Assembly (NCBI RefSeq): GCF_006345805.1 | Contig: NC_043015.1 | Location: 806,001 to 870,000, forward strand | Length of the DNA stretch: 64,000 nt | Reading direction: 5' to 3' | DNA from: Octopus sinensis | Lineage: Eukaryota | Shown here: piece after piece, positions 11,761 to 26,528 of the stretch | How the letters are laid out: each line of letters starts with the position of its first letter | Numbering within the stretch: the first letter of the stretch is position 1 | Program-made: the position numbers and the translations under genes | Notes under the pieces: model-generated | The model's database searches: none | Told to the model about the DNA's origin: nothing | The model's input: only the letters and a program-made list of their open reading frames with translations

Positions 11761-12549
11761 CAGTCATGTTTACGTATGTTTATGCGTCGAAATACGTACA
11801 CGCTATGGTATGGTTGATTGTGAATATAATCTATTATATGTGTTGTAAATCTGTGTGTTTCATGGTATTTTAATCATGTCTATGAAAATTTAAGTTTATT
11901 TTCTCCAATTTGAATATGACTTCGTTATTGATTGCACGCATGAATGAGATTATTCTATCCGTATCTAACCACATTGAAAATTAATTTTCTTTTAACGGAC
12001 ACTACAATGTTCAGAAGAGTGTGAAATTCCAGCCTCTATTCATATCGCCTGTCTTGCAATAATTGGTCCATACTAACTTACTCGGTTAGACATATGATGT
12101 GCACCAGTAAATACTAATTTTCTTTATTAATTAAAATAATATATTTATTACTCGAGCAAAGAATAAATAAAGCTGTTTCGGGTATGAGAAAAAGAAAAAC
12201 AACAAATATTGTACGCGATAAGTTTCAAAATATATTGAACTTTCATGGCTTGCGTACGCACAGTCCCGTATTCATATAGAGCGTCGCCTCTATTCACCCA
12301 GGCATAGCCACATACACAAAACCATGCGTAAATATATGGGTGTGTTTGCGTGTGCAAAACTATATGTATTTATATATATGAATATACAGTTATACATACA
12401 AACACCCGTGAGTTTGTGTTTGTGTATGTGTGTAGTTTTGTATGTATGTATATATGTATGTATCTATCTATCTCTCTCTCTCTCTCCCTCTCTCTCTCTA
12501 TATATATATATACATTATATATATATATATATATAATATATATATATAT

Positions 12550-12599
<50 letters not shown>

Positions 12600-12690
12600 T
12601 GATAGATAGATAGATGGATAGATAGATAGACAGACATTCACACACACACACCACACACACACACGCACACAAACACGCATATATTTATAT

Positions 12691-12985
12691 ATACTCTCTT
12701 TTACTCTTTTACTTGTTTCAGTCATTTGACTGTTGCCATGCTGGAGCATCGCCTTTAGTCGAGTTACGGGGACGTAAGTTACGCTATGTTACGGAGAGGT
12801 AAACACAACCAGCATCGGTTGTCAAGCGAATTTGGGGGGACAAACATATACACACATATACATATATACATATATATATACAAATATACGACAGGTTTCT
12901 TTCAGTTTCCGTCTACCAAATCCACTCACATGGCTTTGGTCGGCCCGAGGCTATAGTAAAAGACACTTGCCGAAGGTCCCACGTG
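12691..12985 (-). mobile_element. SINE family C with internal deletion
   Basis: 3' end TACTC..TTTTACTCTTTTACTTGTTTCAGTCATTTGACTG and body CCGTCTACCAAATCCACTCAC match 25421-25800. Confidence 0.8.
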
Positions 12986-14522
12986 ATAGACCACACTTCT
13001 GCACAACGCTGGACACAATGCTCATTGCTTCGTCTTAACATTCGTGTGATGCCATGCCGCTGAGTAGCGACCAGGTGATCGTTTCAACATTACTCCCCAT
13101 TGACCAAGAAACTAGTTCGTTACAAAGATACTCGTCTATAGTTGATTGGACTGGAGTAACGTGAAATGAACCGGGAATCGAACCCACGATCTAGAGATCG
13201 TTAATATAGCATCCTAGCAATTATGCAGCATGTGGGTGTGCGTGTGTATTTGCCTGTCTTTGCAAGCCCGTGTGTGTGTGTGTGTGTTTGTAGTCATGTG
13301 TGTGCAGTAATATATTTTGCACAAAATATATATTTGTAGACTTGCAATTCTTATTTAAAACTTAAGTGTTGTTTATATAGGCATTAATTTCTATCTTCAT
13401 TTTCTCATTGTTAAATTTGATCATGGTGTGAATTTTATCGCAACATGGACATGTATGTTACAACATGAAATTACGCCAAGAAAACTGAGAATCCAGCCCT
13501 TATGAGCCAGGAATGGCTCCAGAAGAAACAAACAACCATCTGATATTTACCAGAAATCTGATCCTATGTTAAGCGTTAACTCAAGATTCATCAGAATACG
13601 TAGTTTTTGCAAAAGCCAATGCGTAGAATTATGAAATACATTGCCGTGCAAAAATGTTCTGAAGATGTTGCATCAGATTATACTTTGAAAATCGTGTGAA
13701 TAGTGTCTAGTCTTCAAATTGGGACCATATTGAACGAATTAATCGTTTCGTTGGGGAAATATAAGGATTTAATTATCGGTTATTTTGCCCTAGTAGTAGT
13801 AGGCTTTTAAACTAACATAACTATGCTCGATATCTTGGAGTGAAGAGTATATGGCTCTATATTCTACGATATTCAGAGACTAATATATATCGAAAATAAA
13901 ATTCAGGATTGTGGAATCATAACGTCTATTGCAAGTCTGTTACTGGAGTAGGTGTTATACCAATGTTTATTTTAGGTACTCTTCCGTGATACTTGAAGCA
14001 GCGATAATATTTTATTTTAACATCAAGTGATTCGAAATATATATGATATTAGTGTGGTAAGGAAAAAGTAATCACTTATATAAATCTCTATAAATTTCTT
14101 AAGTATTGTTATAGTAATTGCATTCAAGGCTTTAGAATATTGATTCTCAAATTTACTACTAAAGAACCTTTGCTTATTCCATCTGTATTGAGCTCGGTTT
14201 TCTATCACGAGTCATCGTTTTGGCTCTTTCGTGGCCTTCCGTTATAACAGACTAGTTTTGTTGTATAAGACGGTATGAAAGTCATCATCTGCAATGTCAT
14301 AATTCATTTCTCACATCAAGTATTACACACCACATACACTGTATATATTTAACATATTTAACACACACACATACAAAATTACGCACAGACACACATACAA
14401 AATTACGCACAGACACACAAACAAAATACGTACACACACTGACACAGACACACGCATACAAACACAAACAAATATATATTATGTACCTAGTCTGGTATTT
14501 ATCCTGTCAGACGGAAGCATGC

Positions 14523-14762
14523 AAATACCTATTTCTTTACTACCCACAAGGGGCTAAACATAGAGGGGAGAAACAAGGACAGACATAGATATTAAGTCGA
14601 TTACATCGACCCCAGTTTGTAACTGGTATTTTGTTTATCGACCCCGAAAGGATGAAAGGTAAAGTCGACCTCGGCGGAATTTGAACTCACAACGTAACGA
14701 CAGACGAAATACGGCTACGCATTTCGCCCGACGTGCTAACATTTCTGCCAGCTCGCCGCCTT
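14523..14762 (-). mobile_element. SINE family M, full-length (tail type 1)
   Basis: Near-consensus from AATACCTATTTCTTTACTACCCAC to CCAGCTCGCCGCCTT. Confidence 0.9.
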
Positions 14763-15163
14763 TAATTACCGGTGGAGGGTCAGCCCAGACACAAACATAT
14801 ATTTACGTCTATAGACGACAGGCTACTTTCTCTTTGCCGCTGCCATATCCACTCACAAAGCATTGGTCGGCCCGAAACCATCCAGGAAGAATGAACTCTG
14901 AGTCATACATATATGATATGTAAGCGTAACATACAATGATCAAAGTGTAGGAAGATAATAAGATTCGAGTAGTTCGCAAAAGGAATAAAAAACAACTTAT
15001 AGAAAAACAATAGTGGCTTACTGAAACAGAAGGTTGTGAATTGTTCACCTATCGAAGTTCGATAACCTGAAAACATGATTTTATACTTATGATTAGTAGC
15101 AGGGGTTGCTGTGTATGCGAATAGAACTCCAACATTTGAGAATCGAGTACAGAACATCCAGTA

Positions 15164-15287
15164 TACATATATTTCATAGCTAGCAGAACCTCGGTAGGTA
15201 ATTATCCAAGGGAGGGTAATCTAGCAGACTAGCTATCGTTCGAATAATTACTACTTCCGAAGTTCTGCTAGCTACGAAAGATATGTA
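15164..15287. other. ~124-bp inverted-repeat hairpin (MITE-like)
   Basis: Left arm TACATATATTTCATAGCTAGCAGAACCTCGGTAGGTAATTAT (15164-15205) is near reverse-complementary to 15244-15287. Confidence 0.8.
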
Positions 15288-15313
15288 GCCTAGATTTCAT
15301 CTACTCCATTCTC

Positions 15314-15443
<130 letters not shown>

Positions 15444-15465
15444 ATGCGTGCGTGTGTGTGTGTAT

Positions 15466-15961
<496 letters not shown>

Positions 15962-15970
15962 ATATATATA

Positions 15971-16250
15971 TACGCGTGGTCTGATCAATAAGTATCCGCA
16001 CTGTTGCCATAGTAGCGAGTGAAGTCGCTTGGCAATGATTGAGTTGGAACTCTGGTGCGCATTCGCACTGAGACATAATGTTCTAGTTTAATTCCGCTGT
16101 TTACAGAAGTGCTTGGAAGGTAGATGTGTAGCATGTGATCGTCGCTTTGACCATGACAGAGAAAGTTCTCAGAGAATCTATGTCAAGCTTTGGTAATAGC
16201 TTCGCGATACCTGCTCAGAGGCCAATGTAAAGTTTTCAGAACATTTCCAC
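15971..16250 (+). mobile_element. Mariner-like DNA transposon 5' fragment
   Basis: Starts TA+CGCGTGGTCTGATCAATAAGTATCC (mariner-type TIR). Degenerate transposase N-terminus MTEKV/QRIYVKL..LRDTCSEA. Confidence 0.6.
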
Positions 16251-16389
16251 CGTTCTCGACACAACCAACGAGATCTTGTGCAATATATATATATAGACCC
16301 CGGAAGATAGACACTGATTTAGATGGTTGGGGGTATGCTGCGGTACCGGTTCGGCTAAGGTAATGAAAACAGCATTGATGGTATGGGCG

Positions 16390-16612
16390 GTAGGCGGCGA
16401 GCAGGCAGAATCGTTAGCACGCGAAATGCTTTGCGAAATGCTTTGCGGAATGCTTTGCGGTATTTCGTCTGCCGTTACGTTCTGAGTTCAAATTCCGCCG
16501 AGGTCGACTTTGCCTTTCATCCTTTCGGGGTAATCGGCTTAATACCCATGTTTGTCCTTGTTTGTCCCCTCTATGTTTAGCCCCTAGCGGGTAATAAAGA
16601 AATAGGTATTGG
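16390..16612 (+). mobile_element. SINE family M with a 12-bp unit (GCGAAATGCTTT) triplicated in the head
   Basis: Head AGGCGGCGAGCAGGCAGAATCGTTAGCAC, core, and tail ending AAATAGGTATT. Confidence 0.85.
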
Positions 16613-16620
16613 AAGTGGTA

Positions 16621-16843
16621 TTAACCCTTTAGTGTTCAGATTATTCTATCAAACATAATGCTTATTGATTCATATTGATTTGAATTAATCATGCATTATC
16701 TCATTTCTTCAAGATCTTGATGGTGTAATTACTTAATGTAGAATAACATTGTAGGGTAGGTGTGAGAGCCTGGATCTGGTCAGTTTGAACATAAAACAGA
16801 TTAAATATTTTGGCCGGATATGGCCGGTTTAAATACTAAAGGG
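16621..16843. mobile_element. Possible piggyBac-like MITE
   Basis: TTAA+CCCTTTAGTGTTCA at left and TTAAATACTAAAGGG at right (imperfect TIR). Right-hand TTAA is absent. Confidence 0.5.
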
Positions 16844-16899
16844 ACCTAATGATGGAGGGCAAATCCTTTTCTAATAGGTCGTAGTGATGCTGCGAATGA

Positions 16900-18571
16900 T
16901 GTTCATTTTCGCGGTGATGAAAATGATGAGGACTAAAGAAACGTGGTAGTGTTGGTAGAAGGAGTTGTAGTGCTGATAGTGATTGTGATGGTGGTGGTGG
17001 TGGTGGTGGTGTGGGGGGGGGTGAGGAAAATGTTGGGGGTACTTGTGCCGCAACTTGTGATGCTGCTACTCGTTGCTGATGATGATGTTGCTGCTGCTGT
17101 TGACCGTGGTGATAGTGGTGGTGGTAGTGGTGGTAGTGGTTGTGGTGGTGGTGGTGGTGGCGGTGGTGTTAGTGGTGGATGGATTACGGAGGTATAATGG
17201 TGGTGGTGGTGTTGGCGTTAGCAGATGTGGTGACGATGGAAGCAGTGGTAGTGGTGGTAGTGATTGTGGTGGTGGTGGTGGTGGTGGGTGAGTGGGGTGG
17301 AGTGGGGGAAGGAATGGTTAGAGATTTCAATTGAAAGGAAATAAAGGCGAAATAAATTTGAAAATACAAAACAAAAGAACAAAAAGAAAAAAAAAATAAA
17401 TTAGTGTGCTACTAATCAACACTGACGTCCTGTGTCATGAGGCACAGGGCCTCCCTGTCTTCTTTCTCTCTCCTCCCTCTCTCTCTCTCTCTCTCTCTCT
17501 CGTTCCCTTATGCTACCGCTCTTTCTCTCTCTGTCACCCTTCCCTCTCTATCTCTTTCGCTGATTTGACTCGGATACGCGAAGCTTTCTTAGCTGCAAGG
17601 AGGTGGGGGTTGGAGAATGGAAGAAGTTGAGGGTGACGAAATAGGGCGAGAAAAGGATGAAGATGAGATACTGAGGAAGAATAAAAAGGAGGCAGGTAGA
17701 AAATTAGGAAAAAGAGATAGAATAAAAAAAGGAGAAAGAAAGAAATGTGAAGGCAAGAATAAAGAGCGGAAGGAAGGAAGAAATGATTGGAGAAAAAGAA
17801 AAAGGGCGAGAAAAAGAAAAAGAAAGGAAAAGTGAGATAAATGTGAAAAAGGAAAAGAAGGAGAAGTAACGAAAGAAGGAAGCGATGAGATGGAGAGGAG
17901 AACAGAACATAGAAAGGGGACAAGTCAATAGTGCTGAGCGTGAGTGTAATAGAGTGTAGCCAGGTGTGGAAGAATGATGATGGTGATGATTTTGAGGGTG
18001 ACGACGACGATGATGATGTTCATGACGATGAGGAAGAGGAAGAGGAAAAAGAGGATGATGATGATGATGAGGATGATGAGGATGATGAAAATGATGAGGA
18101 TGATGAGGATGATGAGGATGATGAGGATGACGAGGACGATGATGATGCTCATGACGATGAGGAAGAGGTAGAAAAAGAGTATGATGATGATGAGGATGAC
18201 GAAGACAACAATGATGTTCATGACGATGAGGAGGAGGAAGAAGAAGAGAAGGAGGATGAGGATGATCAGGATGATGAGAATGATGAGAATGATGAGGATG
18301 ATGGTGATGTTGATGAGGAGGAGGATGACGAATACAACGATGATGTTCATGATGATGGGGAGGAGGCAGAGAAGGATGATGACGATGATGTTCACGATGT
18401 TTATGATGAGAAGGAGGCAGATGACGACGACGATGATGTTCATGAGGATGATGATGGTGCTGGTGTTGGTGGTGGAGATGACGATGGCGATCATGATGAA
18501 ATTCAGGATGACAATGATGGGACGATGACGGTGATGCGACGATAGCGATGATCACGTACACGACGACGGTT

Positions 18572-18605
<34 letters not shown>

Positions 18606-18676
18606 CGATGATGATGATGACGATGATGACGACGATAACGAGGACGACGAGGACGATGACGATGATGATGATGATG

Positions 18677-18732
<56 letters not shown>

Positions 18733-18774
18733 GATGATGACGATGATGACGACGATAACGAGGACGACGAGGAC

Positions 18775-18808
<34 letters not shown>

Positions 18809-18985
18809 GTGATATTGATGATGATGATGATGATGATGATGGTGATGATGACGAGATGATGATGTATTGATGATGATGTGATGATGATGATGGTGATGAT
18901 AGATGATGACGATGATGACGACGATAACGAGGAGACGAGACGATGATGTGATGATGATGATGATGAGGATGGTTGATGATGATGG

Positions 18986-19024
<39 letters not shown>

Positions 19025-19480
19025 GGTGATGATGATGGTGATGATGATGATGATGATGATGAGATGGTTGGATGATGATGGTTGATGATGTGATGATGGT
19101 GATGATGATGATGATGGTGGTGGTTGTGGTGGTGGTGGTGGTGGTGGTGGTGGTGGGATGGTGGTAGCGTGGTGGTGGTGATGATGATGGCAAGGGTGAA
19201 TGCATTGATGGATGGTGAATGACGACAAAACAAACGACTCGACGGCGGCGACAACGGTTATGATAATGTGGATGATGTTGATTATGATGCTGCTGCTGCT
19301 GATGCTCCCGATAATGATGATGTGATGATGATGATGAGGAGGAGGAGGAGGAGGAGTTTCAGGATGAGGATGTTCAAGAGTAGGAAGACGAATTGGGGGC
19401 AGAGAAGGCAGGTGGAGGAAAGGAAAGGAAAGGAGCGACAAGAATTGTGATGGCGATGGTAGTGTTGACTATTGCAACTA
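16900..19480. repeat. Large trinucleotide low-complexity zone ((GGT)n, purine tract, (GAT/GAG/GAC)n) with higher-order repeats
   Basis: Direct reading. Generates the poly-H/I/S, poly-D/E and poly-M ORFs in the track. Confidence 0.92.
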
Positions 19481-19705
19481 TAGTGATGATTGTGATAAGG
19501 ATGTTGATTAGGGGGACCTTAAAATTAATTTCGTCCTGCGGTTCTGAGAGGGCCGCGGCTGCGATTCCTGAAACGAGGGTTATAACCAATTTATAGGAGG
19601 TCTTCTGTGTTAAGGGACCTGACGTCGTCTCCAAGTATGTGTTTTGTGTGGTGTGTCTGTAATATATTTTATATGATTGCAAGAGCGATGATATTATGGA
19701 TGTAT

Positions 19706-19743
<38 letters not shown>

Positions 19744-20537
19744 ATATAATATATATATATATTATATAAGATATCTATATAGATATATATACTACATATA
19801 TATATATGTATATATGTATGTGTGTGTGTGTATGAGTGATGTATGTTCGATAAATACTGCTTGTATTCCGTGTCGTGTGCAATTTCACACCAATTACGAG
19901 CTTTTTTGGTGGGAACATACGGGCAGAATGTGTGTGTATGTGCATGTGTATGTAGGTATGAACATATGTGTGCGTATATAATATGCAAGTAATATATGTA
20001 CGTATGCCTATAATTATATACTCATGCGTCCATGAGTGTATATGTATGTAGTGATAGAAAGTATGTATATATTTCATATGACATTGAATACACATGTCAA
20101 TCTGTGTGTGTGTGAGTTATATACACATACATATATATAAAACAGCTGAACTTAACATTGTGTTGTGGCTGAGTTAGAAATTTCGTGCAACAATTTTATT
20201 TTCGTTAAGGTAATCTATGCTTGATGATTAGCTATGTTGAATAAATCTCATTGCATAAGAATTATAACACGCTCTTCAGCAAATTAATAAACATATGTAG
20301 TATACGTTTACCTGTTCTACTCAAATAGTTGGATTTTTATTCGCACTTTCATCAGCATTAGTCGCTAACAGTAAGCTATATAAAAATTATCAGCTTATAA
20401 AATGTCTTCGCAACTTCGATAAGGGAGAAAATGTGTAACACTTGATGCCATAAATTGATAAGCTATCTCATCGTATATTTTTCACTTCTTGGTCACTATA
20501 CAGCCAGTTACTGCTTGAATCTTACACTCGGATTATA

Positions 20538-20576
<39 letters not shown>

Positions 20577-20598
20577 TAATTATATATATATATATATA

Positions 20599-20631
<33 letters not shown>

Positions 20632-21349
20632 TCCCAAAGTCATTCGATATAAAATCAAAGTTCCATAAATACTATTTGTAATTCTGTATTTCTCAAATGA
20701 AAAATGTGTCGCTGAAGAAGGACAATTTTCATGATGTTTCATATTTAGATGCTTTTATGAAATTCATTCAGTTGTTAAACATAATTAAATCTAATACCTA
20801 AATGATTTTGATTTACTGTCAGATGACATTTGACCAAACCTGTATATGTGTGTGTGTTTATGTGTGCATTGTTGTATTTCGGGATGCTCATTTTATTGGG
20901 GGTGGGAGCCAAATAAACACGCACTATATATTCGTTTTTACTTGTTTATTATTGTTCTATTCACACCCATGTCCATTGTCCGGAAATCTTTCGTTAGAAA
21001 CGTAAAATATTTACATATTTTATGTATGGATGTATCTACGTGTGTGCGTTTGTGTGTGTGTATTATTCTTTTCCATATGTTTGTTTATTCAATACAAAAT
21101 CATTCGTGATCTTTCACATACGGCTATTCTGATCATTTCCATCAGGTTTCTCACCTTCTCTTATATTTCAATCGTTTTGATTGTCTCGAAATCGAAACCC
21201 CAAATTGCACTGTAGACCTATTTAAAGTGCCTTATGCATACGATGATATGATGAATCGCTCAAAGGTATTTCTTATTGTACAATGTCCAAACTTAATTCT
21301 TCAAAATACTTTTAATGCAAAATCTTCAAATTTAAACATTTGATATTAA

Positions 21350-21945
21350 AATTGGTTTCAAATTTTTGACACAGAGACGAAAAGTTAGGGGAAGGGCTTA
21401 AATCGATTACAGTGACCCTAGTGCTCAACTGGTAGTTGCTTAATCGGCGAAATTTTAACTAAGAACGCGAAGGTGACGAAAAGCCGCTAAGTAATTTGTT
21501 AGTCGCGATTTTGTTTCTGTTAATTCGCCGCCTTAAATTTGATATTACTTTTGGTTTCAAATTTTAGCACAAGGCCAGAAATTTCGGTGTGCTGATGGTG
21601 GCTAAGTTAATCGAATCATTAATATCAACTGATATTTATTTCATCGAACCCAAAAGGACTAAAACCAGTGACGACATCGGCAGAATTTGAACGCAGGGTG
21701 CGAAGATGGACGAAATGTAACTAAACATTTTGCCTAACGTGTTAACTATTCTTCCAGGTCACTGCCTTAAATACTGATTTCAAATTTGGGCAAATGGCCA
21801 CCTCCCGATCCAAATAACGCTGAAGTTCACTTTGCGTATCGTCCTTTCGGGGTCGACAAAATAAGTACCAGCTGAGCATTGAGGACGATGTAATAGATTT
21901 ACTCACGAAATTGCGGGCCTTGTGCCAGAAATTGAAACCAACTTT
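21350..21945. mobile_element. Three diverged SINE family M copies (two minus, one plus)
   Basis: Remnants at ~21420-21530 (-), ~21620-21770 (-), and CGTCCTTTCGGGGTCGACAAAATAAGTACCAG at ~21840 (+). Confidence 0.65.
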
Positions 21946-22449
21946 TAATACGTTGATCTTATACTACTTTTTCTTCATTTACCGTTATATTCCATCATCT
22001 AAATCTCGCAGGTGGAACGATCTTTTATTTTCCTCAACCTCTTTTCTCACTTCAAATTCGTATCTTTGTTTTTTAACAGATTTCTCATCCTCTGTAATTA
22101 TTTTTCATTGTATGCACCTCACCCTTTTCGTCCCTCAATTCCTTTTCCTTTTTCTCCCCTTTTTCCTCACGCCCTACTCCTTATGTCCATCCGTCAATCA
22201 TTATGATGTTGCAGTGTTTTTTCTTTCTGCTTCATTTTTTCTTTTCGCCTCTTTTACATCCCATTCTTTTCTCTCATATCAACCACATGCTTTTTTTTTT
22301 TTTGCTTTTTGCTGTTGTTGTTCTCGGGAACTTTTACTATTTTTCTTATTTATTATTATTTTTATTTTTTGCCTTCTTTGTTTTTTTGGGGTTTTCGTCT
22401 CCCTCAGCTCAACAACCTACCTCCTAGCACCACCATCGCAACGATCATT

Positions 22450-23718
22450 TTCATGACAGCTCCTCTAAAGTCCCCAAACTCGTCGTAGCACTGCCATCAC
22501 CATATTCCACAATTACCATCACCACCACCACCGCCACCACCGCCACCGCCGCCACGATCACCACCATCAACAACAACAACAAATACAAGAACATCACCAT
22601 CACCTCCACCACATCCATCAACCTACCAATGTCATCACCTTCAGCATAACCCTCCACAAACCACCATCACCACCATCATCTCCATCACCATCACCATCAC
22701 ACCCACCGCTACCACGACGACCGTCACACCACACCACACCCCACCACCACCACTACTAAACTCGTAACCTTCACTACCATTAAGAACGAGACCACCTCTC
22801 CCACCAACAACACCACTACCACTAAAGCCACCACCATCGCCACACCACCATCACCACCACTACCACCACCACCACCACTAAAACCACCACCACCGATACC
22901 ACCACCACCACCACCTATTCTGCTACTCTTCCTCGTATCATCAGGCATGCATATAACGACACATGCGCAAAACAATTCAGGCACAGTCACGCATACACAA
23001 ATATATAAGAGTACGTACCTACATTCACACATACACACATACTCACACACATGTAGGCATACATACACACGTATACACAGATACGCACATATAACAATAC
23101 ATACACACTCACACGTAAAGACATACGTGCAGACACTCACACACGCATACATATAGACATAGGGGTACTCGCACAAATATATATACATGTACACTCACGC
23201 ACCAATGTAACTATATGTACGCACACACACGTGCACAAGCGTACAAACACATATAAACGTACATGCATGCCCAAACTCACACAACTATAAAAATAGTACA
23301 CACACACGCGCACTCATAAACGTATATATTTACACACGCACGCACAGACATACACAAACACGCACACATAAACGTACATACATGTACACACACACACACT
23401 TTAAAAATACGTGCACACACATTCACACACAGATATGCACAGACACGCATATAGATATACATACATGTACACACTCATACACTTAGAAAAATACACACGC
23501 ATTCACACTCATATAAACGTATATATATATATATATATATATATAAACACACACGCACACTTATAAACGTACACATAATCACACATGAATATAAATACAC
23601 ACACACACACACACAAACGTCACAAACACGCACACACTTTCACATATAGACGTACATATATGTACACACTCACAAACCGATAAAAATACGTACGCACGCC
23701 TTCACACTATTATAGATG

Positions 23719-23779
<61 letters not shown>

Positions 23780-24295
23780 CACGCACTCTTACAAACGTAC
23801 GTAGACCTATAAACACACATGAACATAAACATACACACAAACACACGCACACATACATATATATATAAGCATACATATACGCACATGCGTACACGTGCGC
23901 GCATGCGTTACCCCTGCCATCATAACTACCGCAATCAAATGCTGACATATTCCTCATCTATTAAGTATCCATGCCCCTCCACCACCGCGGCCCTCCATTA
24001 CTACACAATTTTCACATGACAAATGAGAGAAAAGAATGGTAAGCCACTCCCATAAGCAGCAAAAACCCCCGCAAACATTTCTTAAGGGAGCCAATCTTTC
24101 TTCCTTTCGTCGCTGTTTTGTTTTATTATTTTTTCCCCAGAATTTATATTTATTTACTTATTAATTTTTTTTTTTTTCCTTAATTTCATCGGCTTTCTCT
24201 CCCGAGTTAGTTAATATCTTGCTACGATTTTACACCTAGCTGCCGGAGATTTATTTTGATCATCATCATCATCACCATCATCATCGTCGTCGTCG

Positions 24296-24332
<37 letters not shown>

Positions 24333-25080
24333 TATCATCATCATCATCCGTACCATCACCATCATCATCATCGTCTTCGTCGTCATCATCATCATCATCA
24401 ACACCACCACCATCATCATCATCACCAACATCACCATCATCATCGCCATCATCGTCGTATTCGTTGTCGTCACCATCATCGTCATACTTCTTGTTTGTCA
24501 TGTTTGCCATCATCATAATCATCATCATCTTCTTCTTCTTCTTCTTCTTCTTCTTCTTCTTCTTCTTCTTTTTCTTCTTCTCCTTCTTCTTCTTTCTTCT
24601 TCTTCTTCTTCTTCTTCTTCTTCTCTTCTTTTTTTTTTCTTCTTCTTCTTCTTCTTCTTCTTCTTCTCCTTCTTCTCCTTCCTCTTCTGCTGCTGCTGCT
24701 GCTTCTGCCCCCTCCTCCTCATCCAGCTTCTCCCCTTCTCTTTCTCCTTTACATCTACGTCTGCTTCTTTTTCTTCGTATAACTCATCAACATCTTCCTC
24801 CACTCTTCATCCCCTCACCCTCCTTCTCCGTCCACCCTTCCTCCACCTTTCAGTTTGTACATCCTTCTCCTCCTCCTCTTACACCTCATCTCCCTCCACT
24901 TCCTCCTCTTCCCCCGCTCCTCTTTCATCCTCCACTTCCTCATCATCATGATTGCCGCCGCCAACCGCCAACACCACCACCACCAACAACAACAACCAGC
25001 CACCACTATCACCATCACCACCACCACCACCTACACTTCCACCGCCACCATACTCTTCTTAATGACCATAAGCATCCCCT
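22450..25080. repeat. Low-complexity zone: (CAC)n, degenerate (CA)n, (CAT)n, (TTC)n, pyrimidine tract
   Basis: Direct reading. Confidence 0.9.
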
Positions 25081-25420
25081 CCCTCTTTCATCAACGATGT
25101 CCAAATTCTCCACTTTATTTGTAAATCACGATCTTTTTCACCATTAAGAAATAAAACCGTCCAGTATCCCGTAATGCCCCGTCTGGTAAAATGTCCGTCG
25201 CAGGACAGGCCTGTATGCGACAGACAGCGGTATTTTTTATGAGTGTAGATTCTACTTTATACATTTAATAAGAAATATATTTCCTTCATACTGTAGCATC
25301 TGTAGCTTGAGTCATATACCCACAATACAGATCTTTTCAATTTTTTCTGCTCATGAGGGCAATATGCACGCCTTTGTCCCTCTCTCAGGCGACAGGCCTC
25401 GACGAAATATAGGTATTAAC

Positions 25421-25800
25421 AGGCGTAAGAGTGGCTGGGTGGTAAGTAGTTTGCTTACCAATCACATGGTTGCGGGTTCAGTATCACTGCGTGGCAACTT
25501 GGTCATGTGTTTTCTACAATAACCTCGGCCGACAAAATCCTTGTGAGTGGATTTGGTAGACGGAAACTAAAAGAAGCCCGACGTATATATGTATATATGT
25601 GTAAGTGTGTGTATATGTTTGTGAGTCGGTGTTTGTCCCCCTAACATCGCTTGACAACCGATGGTGGTGTGTTTACGTCCCTGTAACTTAGCGGTTCTGC
25701 AATAGGTTTACAAAGAATAAGTCCTGGGGTCGATTTTATCGACTAAAGGTCGTGCTCCAGCATGGCCACAGGCAAATGACTGAAACAAGTAATAGAGTAT
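25421..25800 (+). mobile_element. tRNA-derived SINE family C, full-length
   Basis: Head GTGGCTGGGTGGTAAG...GGTTCAGTATC, then CTTGGTCATGTG (CTTGGGCAAGTG in other copies; CORE-like, from recall), an internal (TA/TG) tract and an AAGAGTA-type tail. About nine related copies or fragments elsewhere. Confidence 0.85.
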
Positions 25801-25873
25801 AATTATATTTACATTCAAACATGTTGCAAGAAAACATAAAAAAACCGATCTATTTGTCCGTCATATATTTATA

Positions 25874-25921
<48 letters not shown>

Positions 25922-26003
25922 GGTCCCGGGGTTGATCCGGGTTAACCACAGTAAGTAAGGTACTCAATACATAGCAGAGTAAATTAATTTATTATATAGA
26001 AGG

Positions 26004-26052
26004 AGCTTCTACAGGACTAGTAGTTTCATTCAAGAGAAATCTTCAGGAAGCT
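26004..26052 (-). ncRNA. Mirror hammerhead motif with shortened stem III
   Basis: Reverse complement reads AGCTTC-CTGAAGA-TTTCTCTTGAAT-GAAAC-TACTAGTCCT-GTA-GAAGCT. Confidence 0.6.
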
Positions 26053-26247
26053 ATTTACAAGAATTGTATTAGCATTTATACATTTAGGCAGGTAAAGGAG
26101 TGGTGGTGGGGGACTTTTTGGGGTAGGCATAGCGCAAAATATCATACTTGGGGGAGTGGTCAAGGAGTCAGTGGTAGTTAGATGAAGGAATAGATAAATA
26201 AAAAAATAAAATAAAGAATAAAAAATAAAAAATAAAAAATAAAAAAT

Positions 26248-26284
<37 letters not shown>

Positions 26285-26476
26285 ATTTTTTATTTTTTAT
26301 TTTTTATTCTTTATTTTATTTTTTATTTATCTATTCCTTCATCTAACTTACCACTGACTCCTTGACCACTCCCCAAGTAGATATTTTGCGCTATGCCTAC
26401 CCCCAAAAAAAGTCCCCCACCACCACTCCTTTAAACCTGCCTAAATGTATAAATGCTAATACAATTCTTGTTAAAT

Positions 26477-26528
26477 AGCTTCCTGAAGATTTCTCTTGAA
26501 TGAAAACAGTACTAGTCCTGTAGAAGCT
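26477..26528 (+). ncRNA. Type I hammerhead ribozyme motif (one extra A after GAA)
   Basis: AGCTTC-CTGAAGA-TTTCTCTTGAAT-GAA(A)-ACAG-TACTAGTC-CTGT-A-GAAGCT: stem I 6 bp, weak stem II, stem III 4 bp, GUA site. Confidence 0.65.

Noticed and set aside
17704-19254. 516-aa His/Ser/Ile-rich minus-strand ORF and overlapping 189-312-aa ORFs
   Set aside because: Antisense of (GAT)n/(GGT)n. Several frames are open simultaneously, with no domain or splice context.
19540-19587. Hammerhead near-match (GGTT-CTGAGAG...GAAAC-GAGG-GT-TAT-AACC)
   Set aside because: Core is not CUGANGA and spacing at the cleavage site is wrong.
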